From: Azolla caroliniana | Taxonomy: Eukaryota > Plantae > Polypodiophyta | Direction: 5' to 3' | Assembly: GCA_043228905.1 (NCBI GenBank) | Contig: JBHGNT010000009.1 | Span: forward strand, 7,006,001-7,070,000 | DNA: 64,000 nt | Part shown: one piece after another, positions 35,739 to 48,700 of the stretch | Numbering within the stretch: position 1 is the stretch's first letter | How the letters are laid out: every line of letters starts with the position of its first letter | Notes under the pieces: model-generated | Database searches by the model: none | Told to the model about the DNA's origin: nothing | The model's input: the letters and a program-made list of their open reading frames with translations, nothing else | Position numbers and translations under genes: made by a program

Positions 35739-37421
35739 TCATTCGTGGTAGTGTCTTTTACTGGGCTCTTTCTTGTCTTCATCAACCTTGACTTTTTTTC
35801 CGGATCGCTCTCGTCCGATCAACTTTCGGTTTGATCGGCTTCCGATCGGATTCGTATTCGGCCGAATCGGAATCGGTTGTTCGGTTTTGATTGAGTCGGT
35901 CTCCTTCCGGCCCGGTTTCGATCTATCGGTTTCGGTTTCGGTTGGCTTTCTTTTCCTCATTTTCACCAGCCTCGACCGGTCCAACCTCCGGTTGAGTCGG
36001 ATTAGCTTCTTTTCGGATCGGTTTCGTCCGATCGGCTTTCGGCTAGGTCGGCTTCCATCCATATTCGCGTTCGGCCAAGTCAGACTCAGTCGATCGGTTT
36101 TGACCGAGTCGACCCCTTTTCGGGTCGGCTTTCTTTCGGATCGGAATCCCGTCCGGATCACCTTCCATCCAAACCGGCTTCCGACTTTACCTTTCTTGCT
36201 GCCACCTCCCGTCTCTCCGGTCTCACGTTGGTTCTCGGACACAACTGCCGAAGTCTCTAGAATTAGTGGGTAGGAATCCTCGGTATTATCATCCTCCATT
36301 GTTTCACCCATAGCCATATTCTCGGCTATCTCTCCGTCGTATGCATCGACTTCGACCTTTGTTTTCTCTCCGCCACCTTCCGTCTCTTCGGTCTCACGTT
36401 GCCTTTCGAACGCAACCGCCGGAGTCTCTAGAATCAGTGGTGGGGAAGTCTCGATATGGCCATCCGTCGTTGATTCGTCCATAGCCACCTTCAATTCGAT
36501 GTCATCTTTCGTGGTGACCTCCTCAATCAAGTCCTCCTTGCTCTCTTTCACTGCATCAATTATGCAAACATCAATTATGCTTACCCCTTTTTCACCCGAT
36601 GTTTCGGACACTTGTATTCCGAAATCTTCTTCTACACTTGGGTTATCGGCCTTATCCTTCACTGTCGTTCTTTCGCAAGACAAGAGGGTAGCTTGTTTTA
36701 CACCCTCTTCCGTCACACCATCATGTTGTATTTTGGCCTTCATATCGGCTCCATCGTTTGTCTTCAATCGACCATCCTTCATCGGCCATGTCGTTGACAA
36801 GATTCTCATCTTCCTCTCATCATGTCTCCGGCATACCCTTTGGACTTCGGCCCAATTTTCGGTAAGACCATTCGTACCTTCATCGTCTTCGAGTTTGATC
36901 CCGATGTCCATCCTTTCTTTTCGATCGATCGATTTTACAAACATTAGGACTTTATCCTCCCCCACCAATCGTTGTTCCCGCTCCGAGAGTCGAGCAAGAC
37001 GATGCTCGAACTCTAGGAATGCTTGTGTTGCACTTCGGTGGGTCTTCTCCGATGCCACCCATTCGTCGAATTCTCGCCGATCTTTTCCCTTTGATCTCTT
37101 GTAATCATATGCCTCTCGTAAAGCTTCTTCGAATGACCCCCATGTCGAGTTTTGTTGCCGTATCTTGTGGATTCTCTCTTGTAGCTCATCTGTGGCTACC
37201 CGACTAAAGGATGTCACTTGCAATCCTTCCGGTATCCCACATCGTATCATCTCCGCCTTGTAGTCACGTAGATAGCGTGACACATCGTTTCCGTTGAATT
37301 GTCCGTTTCGTTGTACGAGCCGCTTTACTGCCCCCGTGATCTCCGACATCACTCGTTGTTCTTGTAGCATCCGCTCGAACATCATCATCATCATGTTCAT
37401 CGCCTCTTGTTGATTCTCCAT
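35739..37421 (-). CDS. Gag-like protein, array copy 4
   Basis: Translation identical to copy 1. Confidence 0.85.
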   Translation of the reverse strand: MENQQEAMNMMMMMFERMLQEQRVMSEITGAVKRLVQRNGQFNGNDVSRYLRDYKAEMIRCGIPEGLQVTSFSRVATDELQERIHKIRQQNSTWGSFEEALREAYDYKRSKGKDRREFDEWVASEKTHRSATQAFLEFEHRLARLSEREQRLVGEDKVLMFVKSIDRKERMDIGIKLEDDEGTNGLTENWAEVQRVCRRHDERKMRILSTTWPMKDGRLKTNDGADMKAKIQHDGVTEEGVKQATLLSCERTTVKDKADNPSVEEDFGIQVSETSGEKGVSIIDVCIIDAVKESKEDLIEEVTTKDDIELKVAMDESTTDGHIETSPPLILETPAVAFERQRETEETEGGGEKTKVEVDAYDGEIAENMAMGETMEDDNTEDSYPLILETSAVVSENQRETGETGGGSKKGKVGSRFGWKVIRTGFRSERKPTRKGVDSVKTDRLSLTWPNANMDGSRPSRKPIGRNRSEKKLIRLNRRLDRSRLVKMRKRKPTETETDRSKPGRKETDSIKTEQPIPIRPNTNPIGSRSNRKLIGRERSGKKVKVDEDKKEPSKRHYHE

Positions 37422-39774
37422 CTCCTTGCCACCCGCCTTCACGTCGGGTTCACCAACTGTCTCGTGCCTTTCGGCTCCGGATCGTTTGCGTGAGTCGGGT
37501 GGGAACCACCGGGGTTTTGGACTAGGAGAAAGAAAAATACAAATAAGGCTAGTAAAGAATAGGTATAAAGAGTTATAAGATAAGAATCTCGTGAATCCCA
37601 CGAGTTTAGTATATTTAGTCAATATTTAGGTAGTAAGAGAGAATTATTTTAGCAAATTCGTGAATCCCACGAATATTTTAGATTGATTGATCATTATAGA
37701 AAAATAATCAACAAAAACTACAATGTGCTCCCCATCCTTATTTAGTGATGGGAGAGACTAAGCATAGCTACATGCTTTTTCTAATACGTTCATGCACACT
37801 AAATGTGCATGTGATGCTTTTCTAATCCTTGCTTTTATTTGCTAAATATAGTGCTCATGCACGCTAGATGTGCATGAGTCACTTTTTAGTTGCTTGCGTT
37901 TTTCTATAAAATATTCAAGCACTCTAAAAATGCACGATTTACCTTTTAATAAAGGTAGGCGCAAATAAAGCACTTATAGTTATTAAATCTATTTATAGAA
38001 CACTAAAGATAAGGTAGCATAATGGTAAAGTTGAGGTTTGGCTACGTGGAGGTACAAGGTTCGAATCTTGCCCTATGCACGTGATAAGTATCTTGATATT
38101 CTTATTTTATTTATTTATATGTAATTAAATCGGTTATATTATTTTTACTTTTTCACGTAGTGTACGAAATACACTACGACACCGTATGCCAACTCAAGAA
38201 GCCACTCTACGGCCTCAAACAAGCACCGCGTGTTTGGCACTCGAAGATCACGTAGTATCTTCACCAAGTCGGATTTCGGATGTCAAAATCTGACACCTCT
38301 CTATACATCCAAAATGAGTTGGATAGCCTGATCATCATTATCCTATACATGGATGATTTGGTCATTGGAGGGAAGGATCTCGCCGAGATTAACAAAGTCA
38401 AATCACTTCTTTCTAGCAGATTTGAAATGAAAGACTTACACAAGCTCCATTACTTCCTAGGTATTGAAGTAATTCGGACATTAGTCAGAATAATGATCTC
38501 TCAACGACACTACATTCTCAACTTACTCTACAAGTTCGGAATGACCGAGTGCAAGCCTATGTCTACCCCTCTTGATCGTAATCTCAAGATCGATGCCAAT
38601 TCTGGAACCGCTGAGAGCAAGTCGACTTAGTATCGACAATTGATCGGTAGTTTGATCTATCTGACCATTACGTGACCCAACTTCAGTTATTCGGTCGGCC
38701 TACTTAGCCAATTTATGTAGAATCTGCGAAATCTTCATCTGGACTGCGCTAAGAGGATACTTCGGTATGTCAGTACAACAATGGACTATGGCATTATGTA
38801 CAAGACGAATGCGGTCACTCGACTCGAAGGGTACACAAACGCGGACAGGGCAGGATATAAAGCAAGTAGGCGATCCACATCCGGATTCGTCTTCTCTCTT
38901 GGTAGCAGAGCGATCTCCTGGAGTAGTAAGAAGCAGTCGACAATCGCACTGTCGAGCACGGAAGCCGAATACAGGGGCGCAATAGTCGTTGCATGCGAAG
39001 CCGTTTGGCTCAAACGCGTACTAAAGGATCTGGGCGTACCCATCAAGGATCCGATTCGCCTATACTACGACAACATGAGCAGTATCTACCTGACGCAGAA
39101 TATCGTATTCCATGCGTAGATAAGCATATCGAGGTCCACTACCACTTCATCCACGAGCGCATACAGGCCGGAGAGATTGACTACAACACATCAGTACGCA
39201 CCTCCAAGTTGCTAATATTTTCACGAAAGCTCTAGGCGTCGACAAGCTCGGGCAATTTGCATCGGACCTTGGTCTCACGACATCTACATTCCCGAGCTTG
39301 AGGGGGAGTGCGCAGCATACGCAGCACGACTAGACTACGCACTACGCAACACGCAATAAGAAGCATAAAGCAATAAAGCCAGAATCTGATTCCTTGAATT
39401 GAAGTACTCCAAAGACCGAAACAACTCTTCGACAGATGGAAGTTGTGTTCGAAGGGGCGTGTTGAGAATCGAACTCAACTTCCCATAGATAGGTTTCACA
39501 CTAGCTCATGGACATACCAGGCTAGTTTTGTAAATAATAGAAAGGGCACTTGCCCTAGCTCAATTGGTATTTAAACCAATCCCTTGTAACTTAGTTGTTG
39601 TTGGATGTTTTATGCTTTGATGTAATTTTTGGTTAATATATAGTTTTGTTTATCTCTATCTTAAGAGCTCTCTCTCTCTCTCACTCTCACTCTCTCTTTG
39701 TCTTGAGACACACACACACGCACTCATCTTCTGCTGCATTACAACCACTCTTGCCTCCTCATTTCTTTGCAACA

Positions 39775-40163
39775 AGTAACCAACTCACCACAATGCTATA
39801 CCAAGAGCTAGTGTCTCTAGATGCATGTAGGGATCGAGATGCCTGAAAGGCTCGACGGGATATCCTATCTTGTGGTTGGCTATGTATCCGAGGAATAAAA
39901 ACTACCACATGAAACAATGCTTCTACTAACATCGGGGGCAGACAGAACTATACTCTAAAAATGTCATGTGGTACTATCGATTTGCTTCGGAGTTGACATG
40001 ATAACATCATCACCAAAGGTCTCTCTAATTGCGTCCACATGAAAGATGGTAGACATGGAGTCCATACTACTGATGCATACATGAGGGAAGGGGTCACTAA
40101 TGAGTCGAAGAGCCATCCCTTAGTCCATGGCTCTTGAAAGTATGACTGGTGACATTGTCTCTC

Positions 40164-40164
<1 letters not shown>
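39775..40164 (-). mobile_element. Second fragment of the same LINE family
   Basis: Aligns with ~19453-19845 (LLERQCHQ.YFQEP.TKGWLFDSLVTPSLMYAS). Confidence 0.9.
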
Positions 40165-40210
<46 letters not shown>

Positions 40211-40455
40211 CACGCACACAGAACACTTGTTTTTGTTGTAACCGCCGGTTGGCGACGACATAGAGCTCGAGGTCGTTGCCGCCCAATCCCGCATTATATC
40301 TTTCTTCTCATAGTGATGGTTGGAGTCTATGGGTTCCCGTGGATTTTTGCCTATTAGGGTTTTCCACGTTAACATCTTATGTCTGTCTTATTTCTATTTT
40401 CTATCTTCTTCTATCGAGTGAGTAAGACTCGGTTGTGGCCGAGCACTATTCCTCT
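40165..40455 (+). repeat. 3' half of a Copia LTR beginning at a (GA)n tract
   Basis: GTTGTAACCGCCGG, AGGGTTTTCCACGTTAACATC and TCGGTTGTGGCCG match 7860-8100. Reverse complement of 4687-4740. Confidence 0.8.
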
Positions 40456-40457
40456 CA

Positions 40458-40733
40458 ATTTATTTAATTAATTTAACTAAAATGTTTATTTAATTTAATG
40501 GTTCAATTAAAGTTTCTTTTATTGATTTAATAAATTTAAGTTAAATGCTTATTTAATTTAATGTATTTTTATTTATTTTGATGTTTAATTAGTTTGATTT
40601 AAATGGTTAGGCTTAAATTTTTTATTAAATGGTTCGATTTGGTTTCAACTTTTCCCTAAACGGTTTGGTTTGGTTTTGTTTTATATAAATGGTTCGGTTT
40701 CTTTGCTTTGAAACCGAACCGTGCCCATTGCTA
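40458..40733. mobile_element. Possible end of a hAT-like/MITE DNA transposon
   Basis: AT-rich body, subterminal GGTT(C/T)GGTTT repeats, and a terminus reading TAGCAATGGGCACGGTTCGG on the minus strand. The partner end was not found. Confidence 0.35.
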
Positions 40734-42942
40734 CCACCAAGGTGCCTTTTTTCTCCCCACATTATGGAAGGATCTCAGTTTTAGATGTGACTCGAGCTTT
40801 TGTTATTCGACATATTGGTTGATGTAGGTATGATGGCTGTGTTTTCATGTATGAATTCTTTGTAGCTTTTGGGCATCTTTCCATTAATACCAAGGTGAAT
40901 CTTAAAAAAATAAAAAAGTATATACATCTAACGTGCAAACATTAATGTATTTGTGTAAGGGAAGATTTGAACCTTACACTTGTAGAGTTAAAAATAGTGT
41001 ATTTACTAATAGGGTAACCATTATTGTGAGGTTATTAAATTCTATATAGATTCCTCCTAGGAGATTTTTGAAGCTCTCTTGTAAGGGAGGTTTATAATCA
41101 CATTTTTTTGTTAATTTGTAATTGTGAGATCAAAATCATGAAGGTTTTTTAGAATTCCCTTTATCATTAATCACATATAATTTGTTAATTCCTCTATAAT
41201 CATTATATAAACATAAGTTGATAGCGAGTTTGTGTAAATTACTATTGTTTGATTTAATGAGCTTGTTATTAGACATTCCCAATAAAACATGTAAAGATAA
41301 CCTTGATTAACGCGACTCTCACACATTGGAAACAATAATAGACTTCATGTATCGTGCCTTCATGTCACCTATATTTCTCGATTTGGAACACTTGTGGCTC
41401 CATGGCCGACCTCAACCTTCACATACTCACAAACTACTATGGAAACAACTTACTAATGTTGTAATTGCAATAGGAATTGGAAAACTTTTAAAGTTATTTT
41501 ATTTTTATATGCAAAAGATAAATTGTGTTAACCTAGAGATGGGTCTAAATATAAAACATTTTTGGTATAGCTCTATTGAAATTTGAGAGTCATACTTTCA
41601 TATTTCAATTGATATAGCTTCACTATATGTGTGAAAGTGCCTAAGAAGAACACCCTAATGTTACAGTGATTTCATAACATGAAAAGAAAGGTCTTGGAGA
41701 AACAATTTCTACAATTCTAGTTATCCCTTTGAATACCTATTGCTTCATGCTATTGAAATACAAAGAAACATTATTAACATTAAACACAACATTTTGCAAA
41801 CCGATCGTAATATAGCGGTTTACATCTAAACCCTAAGTCTTGAAGAAAAGAAAAGGCTTTGGAGAGAGATACACTATCCCTCTTACTTTTTGTGAAAAAG
41901 ATATTTTAGTCTACGTGGAATTCTTGAAAAGGAATCTAAAGAGAGCACATGATAAAAAAGGACAGTTTATGGAAGATGGGATGCATTACGCATGTTTCAT
42001 GATTTGTCAATTGATAGATTCCTCTAATGGTATTTTCCAACACCAATGTATCATCACTTGAAAGAGATGTGGTGACCCATCCTTCACATATTATATTACA
42101 TATTATGCACCAAATTACAAAACAATCTTCTCTTTGTCTACCATAAACACAATACTTTCATACAACTTACCTCCACGTTCTCTTCTAGATGAGATAGGGA
42201 TTTAGCAAATGGTTTCCTAAGTATATTTTATATTTTCCCTTAGAGCCTGGTCATGAGTTTGAGTTTCATACTTGGAAACAATGCTCCAACCTCGACCAGA
42301 ATATTTTCCACGCATTCCAAATCCAATCCAATCCTATGCACATTTCTTTCATTGTCACAAGCTTCTCTATCACTTGTAATCTTCGCTAATAAAATTCTAG
42401 AATATTGAAAGTCACAACTCAACTTTGGAGATACATGTGAAAATGTTTCACCTTCGCCTATGTAGGTCATAGGGAGCGTTCGAATATCATCATGAAATCT
42501 ACATGTTGGTTCCTCCTAGTAATTGTGAGTCTCAAGCATATATTTACAACAATGATGAAGCTCCTTGTGGTATGAAAGGGCCCAAGAACAAGTCCAACAC
42601 ACCTAGAAATGAGAGCTTTGTTAATTCAAACCTATCATTCGTAAAATACTTGCAATAACCTTGTTGGAGAACATTGAAGATATATTTGGTTTATGTCATA
42701 AACTCCTCCAAGTGAATGAGGCTTATGATTGACTTTTCATAATAGTTATCTAGCTAATTGAGTAATGATATTTGAAACTAGGCATCATGCTAGGCCCATG
42801 AAAATTAATATAAGATGCTCATCATATTTCTTAATGAGAGAGAGAGAGAGAGATGGCTAATGGGATATGTGCATCTCCAAGGATCATGGTAAAAGAAATG
42901 ATAAATATAAGGAAGTTTTTGGGTGCTTATAACAATGCTACC

Positions 42943-43002
<60 letters not shown>

Positions 43003-43106
43003 GGTGTGTGTACGGTTTGCACATTTTGGACACGATGATATGTCAAAGAAAGTGGAGAGGAAGTGTTTCCATGGGGTAAGAGGGGGAATGGGGTATGTAG
43101 TGACCT

Positions 43107-43113
43107 TATAAAA
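43107..43113 (+). promoter_or_regulatory. TATA box of the root-cap gene
   Basis: TATAAAA 80 bp upstream of the ATG. (GA)n lies upstream at ~42947-42998 and (GAA)n in the presumed 5' UTR. Confidence 0.6.
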
Positions 43114-43186
43114 AAGGGCTCAAAGAAGGGAAAGAAGAAGAATACAAACAAGCATTTTAGAAGAAGAAGAAGAAGAAGAAGGTAAA

Positions 43187-44831
43187 ATGGCCATGATGCT
43201 CGCCAAAATGATGGGCATTCTCATGTTGTGGGCAATGGCAATGATGGCGATAGACCAATTGTCCGTTGATGCGGCGACCTCGCGTCCGGACCCACAAACC
43301 ACACAATACGTGATGCAAACGACCGTGGCGGGTAAGGAACGGGCACGGTGCCTGGCTCGCAACAAATGCTACCTCAAAGTATTGACATGCCCCTCGCAAT
43401 GCCCAAAACGTGTCGCAGGGAAGCGATCGTGCTTCATCGATTGCTCCACCAAATGCCAGACCACATGCAAAAGTAATTATATTGCTTTTCGACACGTAAA
43501 ATCATCACGTATATGAAGCATGATGAATCACATGAGTGTAGTTGGTATTTCAAATGATGAATGAATTTTTGATTATGTAGTAGCTAGCAATCACGTCATT
43601 TTATGTATGTAGGTAGATCCAATTTGCAATCAAATAAATGGCATGCTTGACCATGTTTGCATATAAATCTCCTAATAAACTAACTAATGATTCTGATTAT
43701 AATACAAATGTAGTGTACACAATGTCTTAACCCTAGATTTAAATTAATGGCGCACTTGACCATGTTTGCATATAAATCTCCCAATCAACCAACTAATGAT
43801 TCCCATTATAATAAGAATGTGGTACACAATGTCTTAATCCTAGATTTTAAGAAACTCACCCTTTCCTTTCCTTTCATTTTGAGAAGACCGCAAGCCGAAG
43901 TGCTCTGGGTACTCGTCCGTTTGCTATGATCCTCGCTTTGTCGGAGGTGATGGTGTCATGTTCTACTTCCATGGGAAGTCGAACGAGGACTTTTGTCTTG
44001 TCTCCGACACAAATCTCCATGTGAATGCGCATTTCATTGGCATCCGGCCCCAGGGTCGCACACGCGACTTCACATGGGTCCAAGCTCTAGGTATCATGTT
44101 TGATAACCACACTTTCAGTGTTGGTGCCAAAACAGTGGCCCAGTGGACCGACCAAAATGACCACATGGTGTTCACATATGATGGACAAGACGTGGACTTG
44201 GACATTGGCGCGGGAAACAAGTGGAGCTCAAACATGGGGGAGGTCGAGATATTGAGAACTTCCGAGACAAACATTGTGCAGGTAACTAGTGTGTACACGT
44301 TTTCACTGCACTTTTTACCGAGTGAGTGTCATTCCGTTGATTTACATGTTTTGCTCATCGATCAATCGTGGTAGTGGTTGGCGGACAGACATCTGATTTT
44401 GGATTTTGTTTTTGTTTATTAACGTGCAAATTCCCTAGATAAACATTGACGGTGGCTTAATGGGAATTACGGTCGAGGTAGTGCCCATCACAAAAGAGGA
44501 GGATCAACTACATCGTTACGAATTGCCGGCCAACAATTGCTTTGCCCACCTGAATGTCCAATTCAATCAATTTCGTGGCTTATCTAACAATGTGGATGGT
44601 GTGCTTGGCCAAACCTATCGTCCCAACTTCAAGAACCCGGTCAAGGTGGGCGTACCTATGCCTCTCATGGGCGGTGAATCCAAATTCAAGGCGTCTTCCC
44701 TATTCTCCACAGATTGCCTCGCTGCCAAGTTCCAAAAGGATCTCGAGTCTTTGATCATGTTACCTAGTGCCGATTTTGGTGCACATTGTACCGCTTCCTC
44801 CACCAATGGCGGCATGGTTTGCCGGCGCTAA
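43187..44831 (+). CDS. Secreted root cap / LEA-related protein (Root_cap domain family), ~357 aa; exons 43187-43472, 43887-44281, 44439-44831
   Basis: Signal-peptide-like N-terminus, Cys-rich region, and motifs CYDPRFVGGDGVMFYFHG, NAHFIG.RP.GRTRDFTWVQALG, CFAHL, VDGVLGQTY, VKVGVPMPLMGGE and GMVCRR*. GT-AG introns keep the frame (286+395+393 = 1074 nt). Confidence 0.93.
43638..43850 (+). repeat. Diverged ~109-bp tandem duplication in intron 1
   Basis: CTTGACCATGTTTGCATATAAATCTCC...GTACACAATGTCTTAA.CCTAGATTT occurs twice. Confidence 0.85.
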
Positions 44832-45710
44832 ACTTTGGTAGATGTCAATAATTTGGCCCAATGTGGAACTATGAGGCTCGATATATATACTTGTCATCAA
44901 TATCAATGGCAAGTCTAATGTGGCATTCTCTTCGATGTAGTCGGGATAAAATTTCTCTAATAAATTGAATTTCTCTTTATCTAGTGGATCATGTCATGCT
45001 AATGTCCATTTATATAAGGGTATCATTGTTTGGCCATTATGGTGTGCTTCTTAAGGGCTTTGTGGGCATGCTATTTATATAAATCCGCTACTAGGACATA
45101 ACATAAAAATGTTAGCACACAAATAGTTTGGTTACTCTACTCCACATCATCATAACATGAGGAGTCACATTCTCCCATCATATTCCATTCTTTCTGTAGT
45201 CTAGTCATCTTCACACAACCTCCCACACAAAGATCGGTTATTTTCTAGACCTAAATAGCTGGAATATATAGCTGCACATCTCCACCAACCAGAGTGTAGG
45301 GTGAACAAGAATAACACAGGATGGATTGGCATGCACCAACTCTAATATAGTGCAACACTATATCAAAGATCTAGGTGCCACATCCACCCATCCGAACCAT
45401 CATTAGATCATACATGAGATATTTATCGGATACATCTACATCTTATTTTAATGATGTATCCAATATCTGCACTGAAACAAGAGAGGAAGTTCACTTTCAT
45501 GCTAAAAGGGTTTGGTTGGATTACAAGTACCCTACAAAAGTTATTTATCAAGGTTTTGGAATAAACATTTATGACAATCGTTATGTGCAAAGTTGAAGAG
45601 GGTAATAGATTATTTAAAAGCATCAATTGTTTTTTAGTGGACAATGATGAAGCATCAAGGTTGTTGGGTTCTCAATCCAAGACGAAGCATGTGAATTGAG
45701 AAATGGTAGG

Positions 45711-48700
45711 TGTCAGGAATAGTACTAAAGCAGAGATGGAATTAGTACTAAGAAGAGTAGTACTATTAGTACTAAGAGGACGGGACTGCGTAAGATTCCC
45801 GAGAGAGAGGAAATAAGAAGAGGAGAGAGAGAGATAGGATGATGACATCAGATCTTATATTATATGAAAGATGAGTACAAATCGGCTAAGAGGCTTAAGA
45901 CTGGTGTTGAACCAATTTGGTTCAAAACAATGCCTTGTGCCTCCTTTTATAGTGTTTTTAGGAATAATCCTGAAGCTTCTAGAATGTTCCAGAGAGATTT
46001 GGAATATACATCAATTTTCTATGATAAAGCATAAATGAAAATAATATCCTACAAATTACAATTCATCGTCTAATGGTAAGAGCTCGACCCATGTAGCATA
46101 AGGTCATGGGTTCGAGTTTTGCCATATCATGACATATCATGACACTATCTCCCCCTTAAAGACGACGAGTGGAACGAGTCGGCGCTAATTGCGGACCGGG
46201 TTTGTCTGGATACTTTCGGCGGAAATCAACAAGAAGATCTTGTGCATTGGCAACATGCTCGACGGGTTTTGAAGTACGTTCGCTCGGACTATAACCGAGC
46301 CAATCGACCAAGTAATAAAGGTTGTTGCGAACAAGTTTGGAATCGAGGATGGCAGCAACTTCATACTCCGGGCCGGTGTCCAACTCCAGCGGGGGCGGCG
46401 GTGGTATCACACGATCGGGAATGGTGTTTGCTTTATAAGGTTCAAGAAGAGAACAATGGAAAACCGGATGTATCTGAAGCTGCGGAGGGAGATCAAGGCA
46501 GAAGGTGACATCATTAATCTTACCCGTAATACGGAAAGGACCGAGTCGTTGATAATCCAACTTGTCACACGGTCGAGTAGTCTTGATGTGACGATGTAAG
46601 AGCCATACTCGATCTCCGATGGCAAAAGAGGAGGGAATCCGATGACGATCCGCATAAGTCTTCTGTGTGTGTTGAGCATGACGAAGGTGAGTAGAGAGAT
46701 CCATCTGGATCTTGCGTAGCCTCTCCAAATGATCCTCGGCACGAGGGTTGGTAGGTAGCTCCGGAGTGTTGATCACCGACCAGCGAGGATGGAAACCGGT
46801 ATAAGCGAAAAATGGGGAGACCCGAGTCGAGGAGTGAATAGCATTATTATACGCAAACTCCGCAAAGTGGAGAATCTCGGCCCAATCGTCCTGTTGATAA
46901 CTCAGGAAACACCGGAGATATTGCTCCAGCATTTGGTTTGTTCGTTCCGCCTGCCCGTCGGTCTGAGGATGGTAGCCGGAGGAGAGGTTGCAGGAAACCT
47001 TGAGCATCTTGAAGAGATGCTGCCAAAATTTGGAGACAAATTGCAGGCCTTGGTCACTGATAATACTGTCTGGGAGGCCATGATGCTGAAATACCTCACG
47101 CATAACAAGAGTGGCGGTTTCCTCGCTAGTGATGGCTTTAGTACATGGCACAAAATGTGCCATTTTCGTATATCGATCGATGACGGTTAGGATAGCATCG
47201 AACCCCTTTGAGACCGGCAGATCTGTGATAAAATCAAGACAAATAGACTGCCATGGCTTACTTGGAATCGGTAAGGGTTCCAACAAGCCATATGGATGAT
47301 GTCGTGGCATCTTTGCTCGGCAGCAAGCATCACAGGTCCGAACGTAGTCGTCAACAAAACGGCGCATGTGGGGCCACCAAAAAGATCGCTGCACTAGCTC
47401 CAACGTCTTAGTACTACCGAAATGTCGTGACAATGTTGGACGATTTGAAGGCGATAGGAGCAATCAGGGACATATACGCGCTTTTTAAAGAATAACAAAC
47501 CATCATGATATTCGAATTGTCGGTAGTCAATACCTGGTTGTTGAGACTGAGAACAGGATGCCTGAGAAGTATCAATGTGCGCTAGGATGTCTTGAGCAAA
47601 ACTATCCGTCTTCAAGGTTGCACGTATGTCATCGATAATCCGTGAATCCATCAGGGTGTGAAAAATCCGCTTTGTGTGCAATCGTGTTGGTCCCAAGATT
47701 ACTTGCTTTTGATTATCAAATGTTGTGTCACCAGGACGAGGTGCAAGATATGAACGCCGTGATAGTGCATCTGCTTTTCCTTGCTGCTTCCCCGGTCGAT
47801 ATGTGATTTTGAAGTCGAAATGCGTGAGAAATTGTGCCCACCGAGCTTGTCGTCGATTTAGTACGCGAGCGTTCTGAAAATAAGCAAGATTTTTATGATC
47901 GCTAAAGACAATGACCTGATGTGGAGAGCCCTCTAAGAAATGCCGCCATTGTACAAATGAATCCACGATGGCTAATAACTCCTTGTCATGTATTTCGTAG
48001 TTGATTTCTGCGACATCGAATTTGCGCGAATGGAAAGCCACCGGATGCAACTCTTCTTTATCGCCTTGTGGAGAAAGGATGCTACTGAGGGCGAAATCTG
48101 ATGCGTCGGCCTCCATGATGAATGGTTTGCTTGTATCCACATGAGCTAGAATCGGTGCTGGTGTAAAGGCTTTCTTAAGATGCCGAAAAGCCATATCTGC
48201 TTCTATGGACCAAGGAAATGCTTGGCCCTTCTTCGTAAGTTGTGTGAGAGGTAAAATAATCTTCGAGTAATCCTGTATAAACTTATGGTAGAAGTTAGCA
48301 AAACCTAGAAAACATTGTACATCTCGTACCGACCGTGGAATTTGCCACTCTAGTACAGTTTGGATTTTAGCTGGATCCATGGCGATGCCCTTTGACGAGA
48401 TGACGTAGCCTAGAAATTCCACTTGCTTGCAGTCAAAGCTACATTTTTCTAGCTTGGCATAAAGACCATTCTCGCGGAGTCACTTTAGTACTAATAGTAC
48501 ATGAGAATCGTGCTCTTCCTGGGTCTTCGAATAAATCAATAGATCATCCAGATAAATGATCAAACAGATATCCAAGAGGTCTCTGAATATATCATTTGCC
48601 ATGTGTTGGAAGACTGCGGGTACATTGGTTAGGCCAAACGACATAACAGTATACTCGAAATGCCCATACCGCGTGCGAAAGGCGGTCTTCCACTCATCTC

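Larger units (their letters stand above)
27000..38181 (-). mobile_element. Tandem array of a gag-only LTR element (family 2): 5 LTRs, 4 internal regions, period 2615 bp, TSD CCGT
   Basis: Identical ORF sets at 2615-bp offsets. LTRs 27000-27721, 29613-30336, 32228-32951, 34843-35566, 37458-38181. tRNA-Trp PBS at 29593-29610 (+2615n). PPT at 27722-27735 (+2615n). CCGT at 26996-26999 and 38182-38185. Confidence 0.97.
26029..39774 (+). mobile_element. Copia element 3' half (integrase C-term, RT, RNase H, probable 3' LTR 39460-39774), split by the tandem array
   Basis: RT reads ...HPHAV|[14 protein letters not shown] across the array once one CCGT is removed. LYMDDL and SSTEAEY motifs. TGTTG...CAACA candidate LTR after GAAGGGGCG. 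Confidence 0.88.

Noticed and set aside
40740-42900. Short ORFs upstream of the root-cap gene
   Set aside because: AT-rich intergenic DNA with no homology or splice-consistent frame recognisable.
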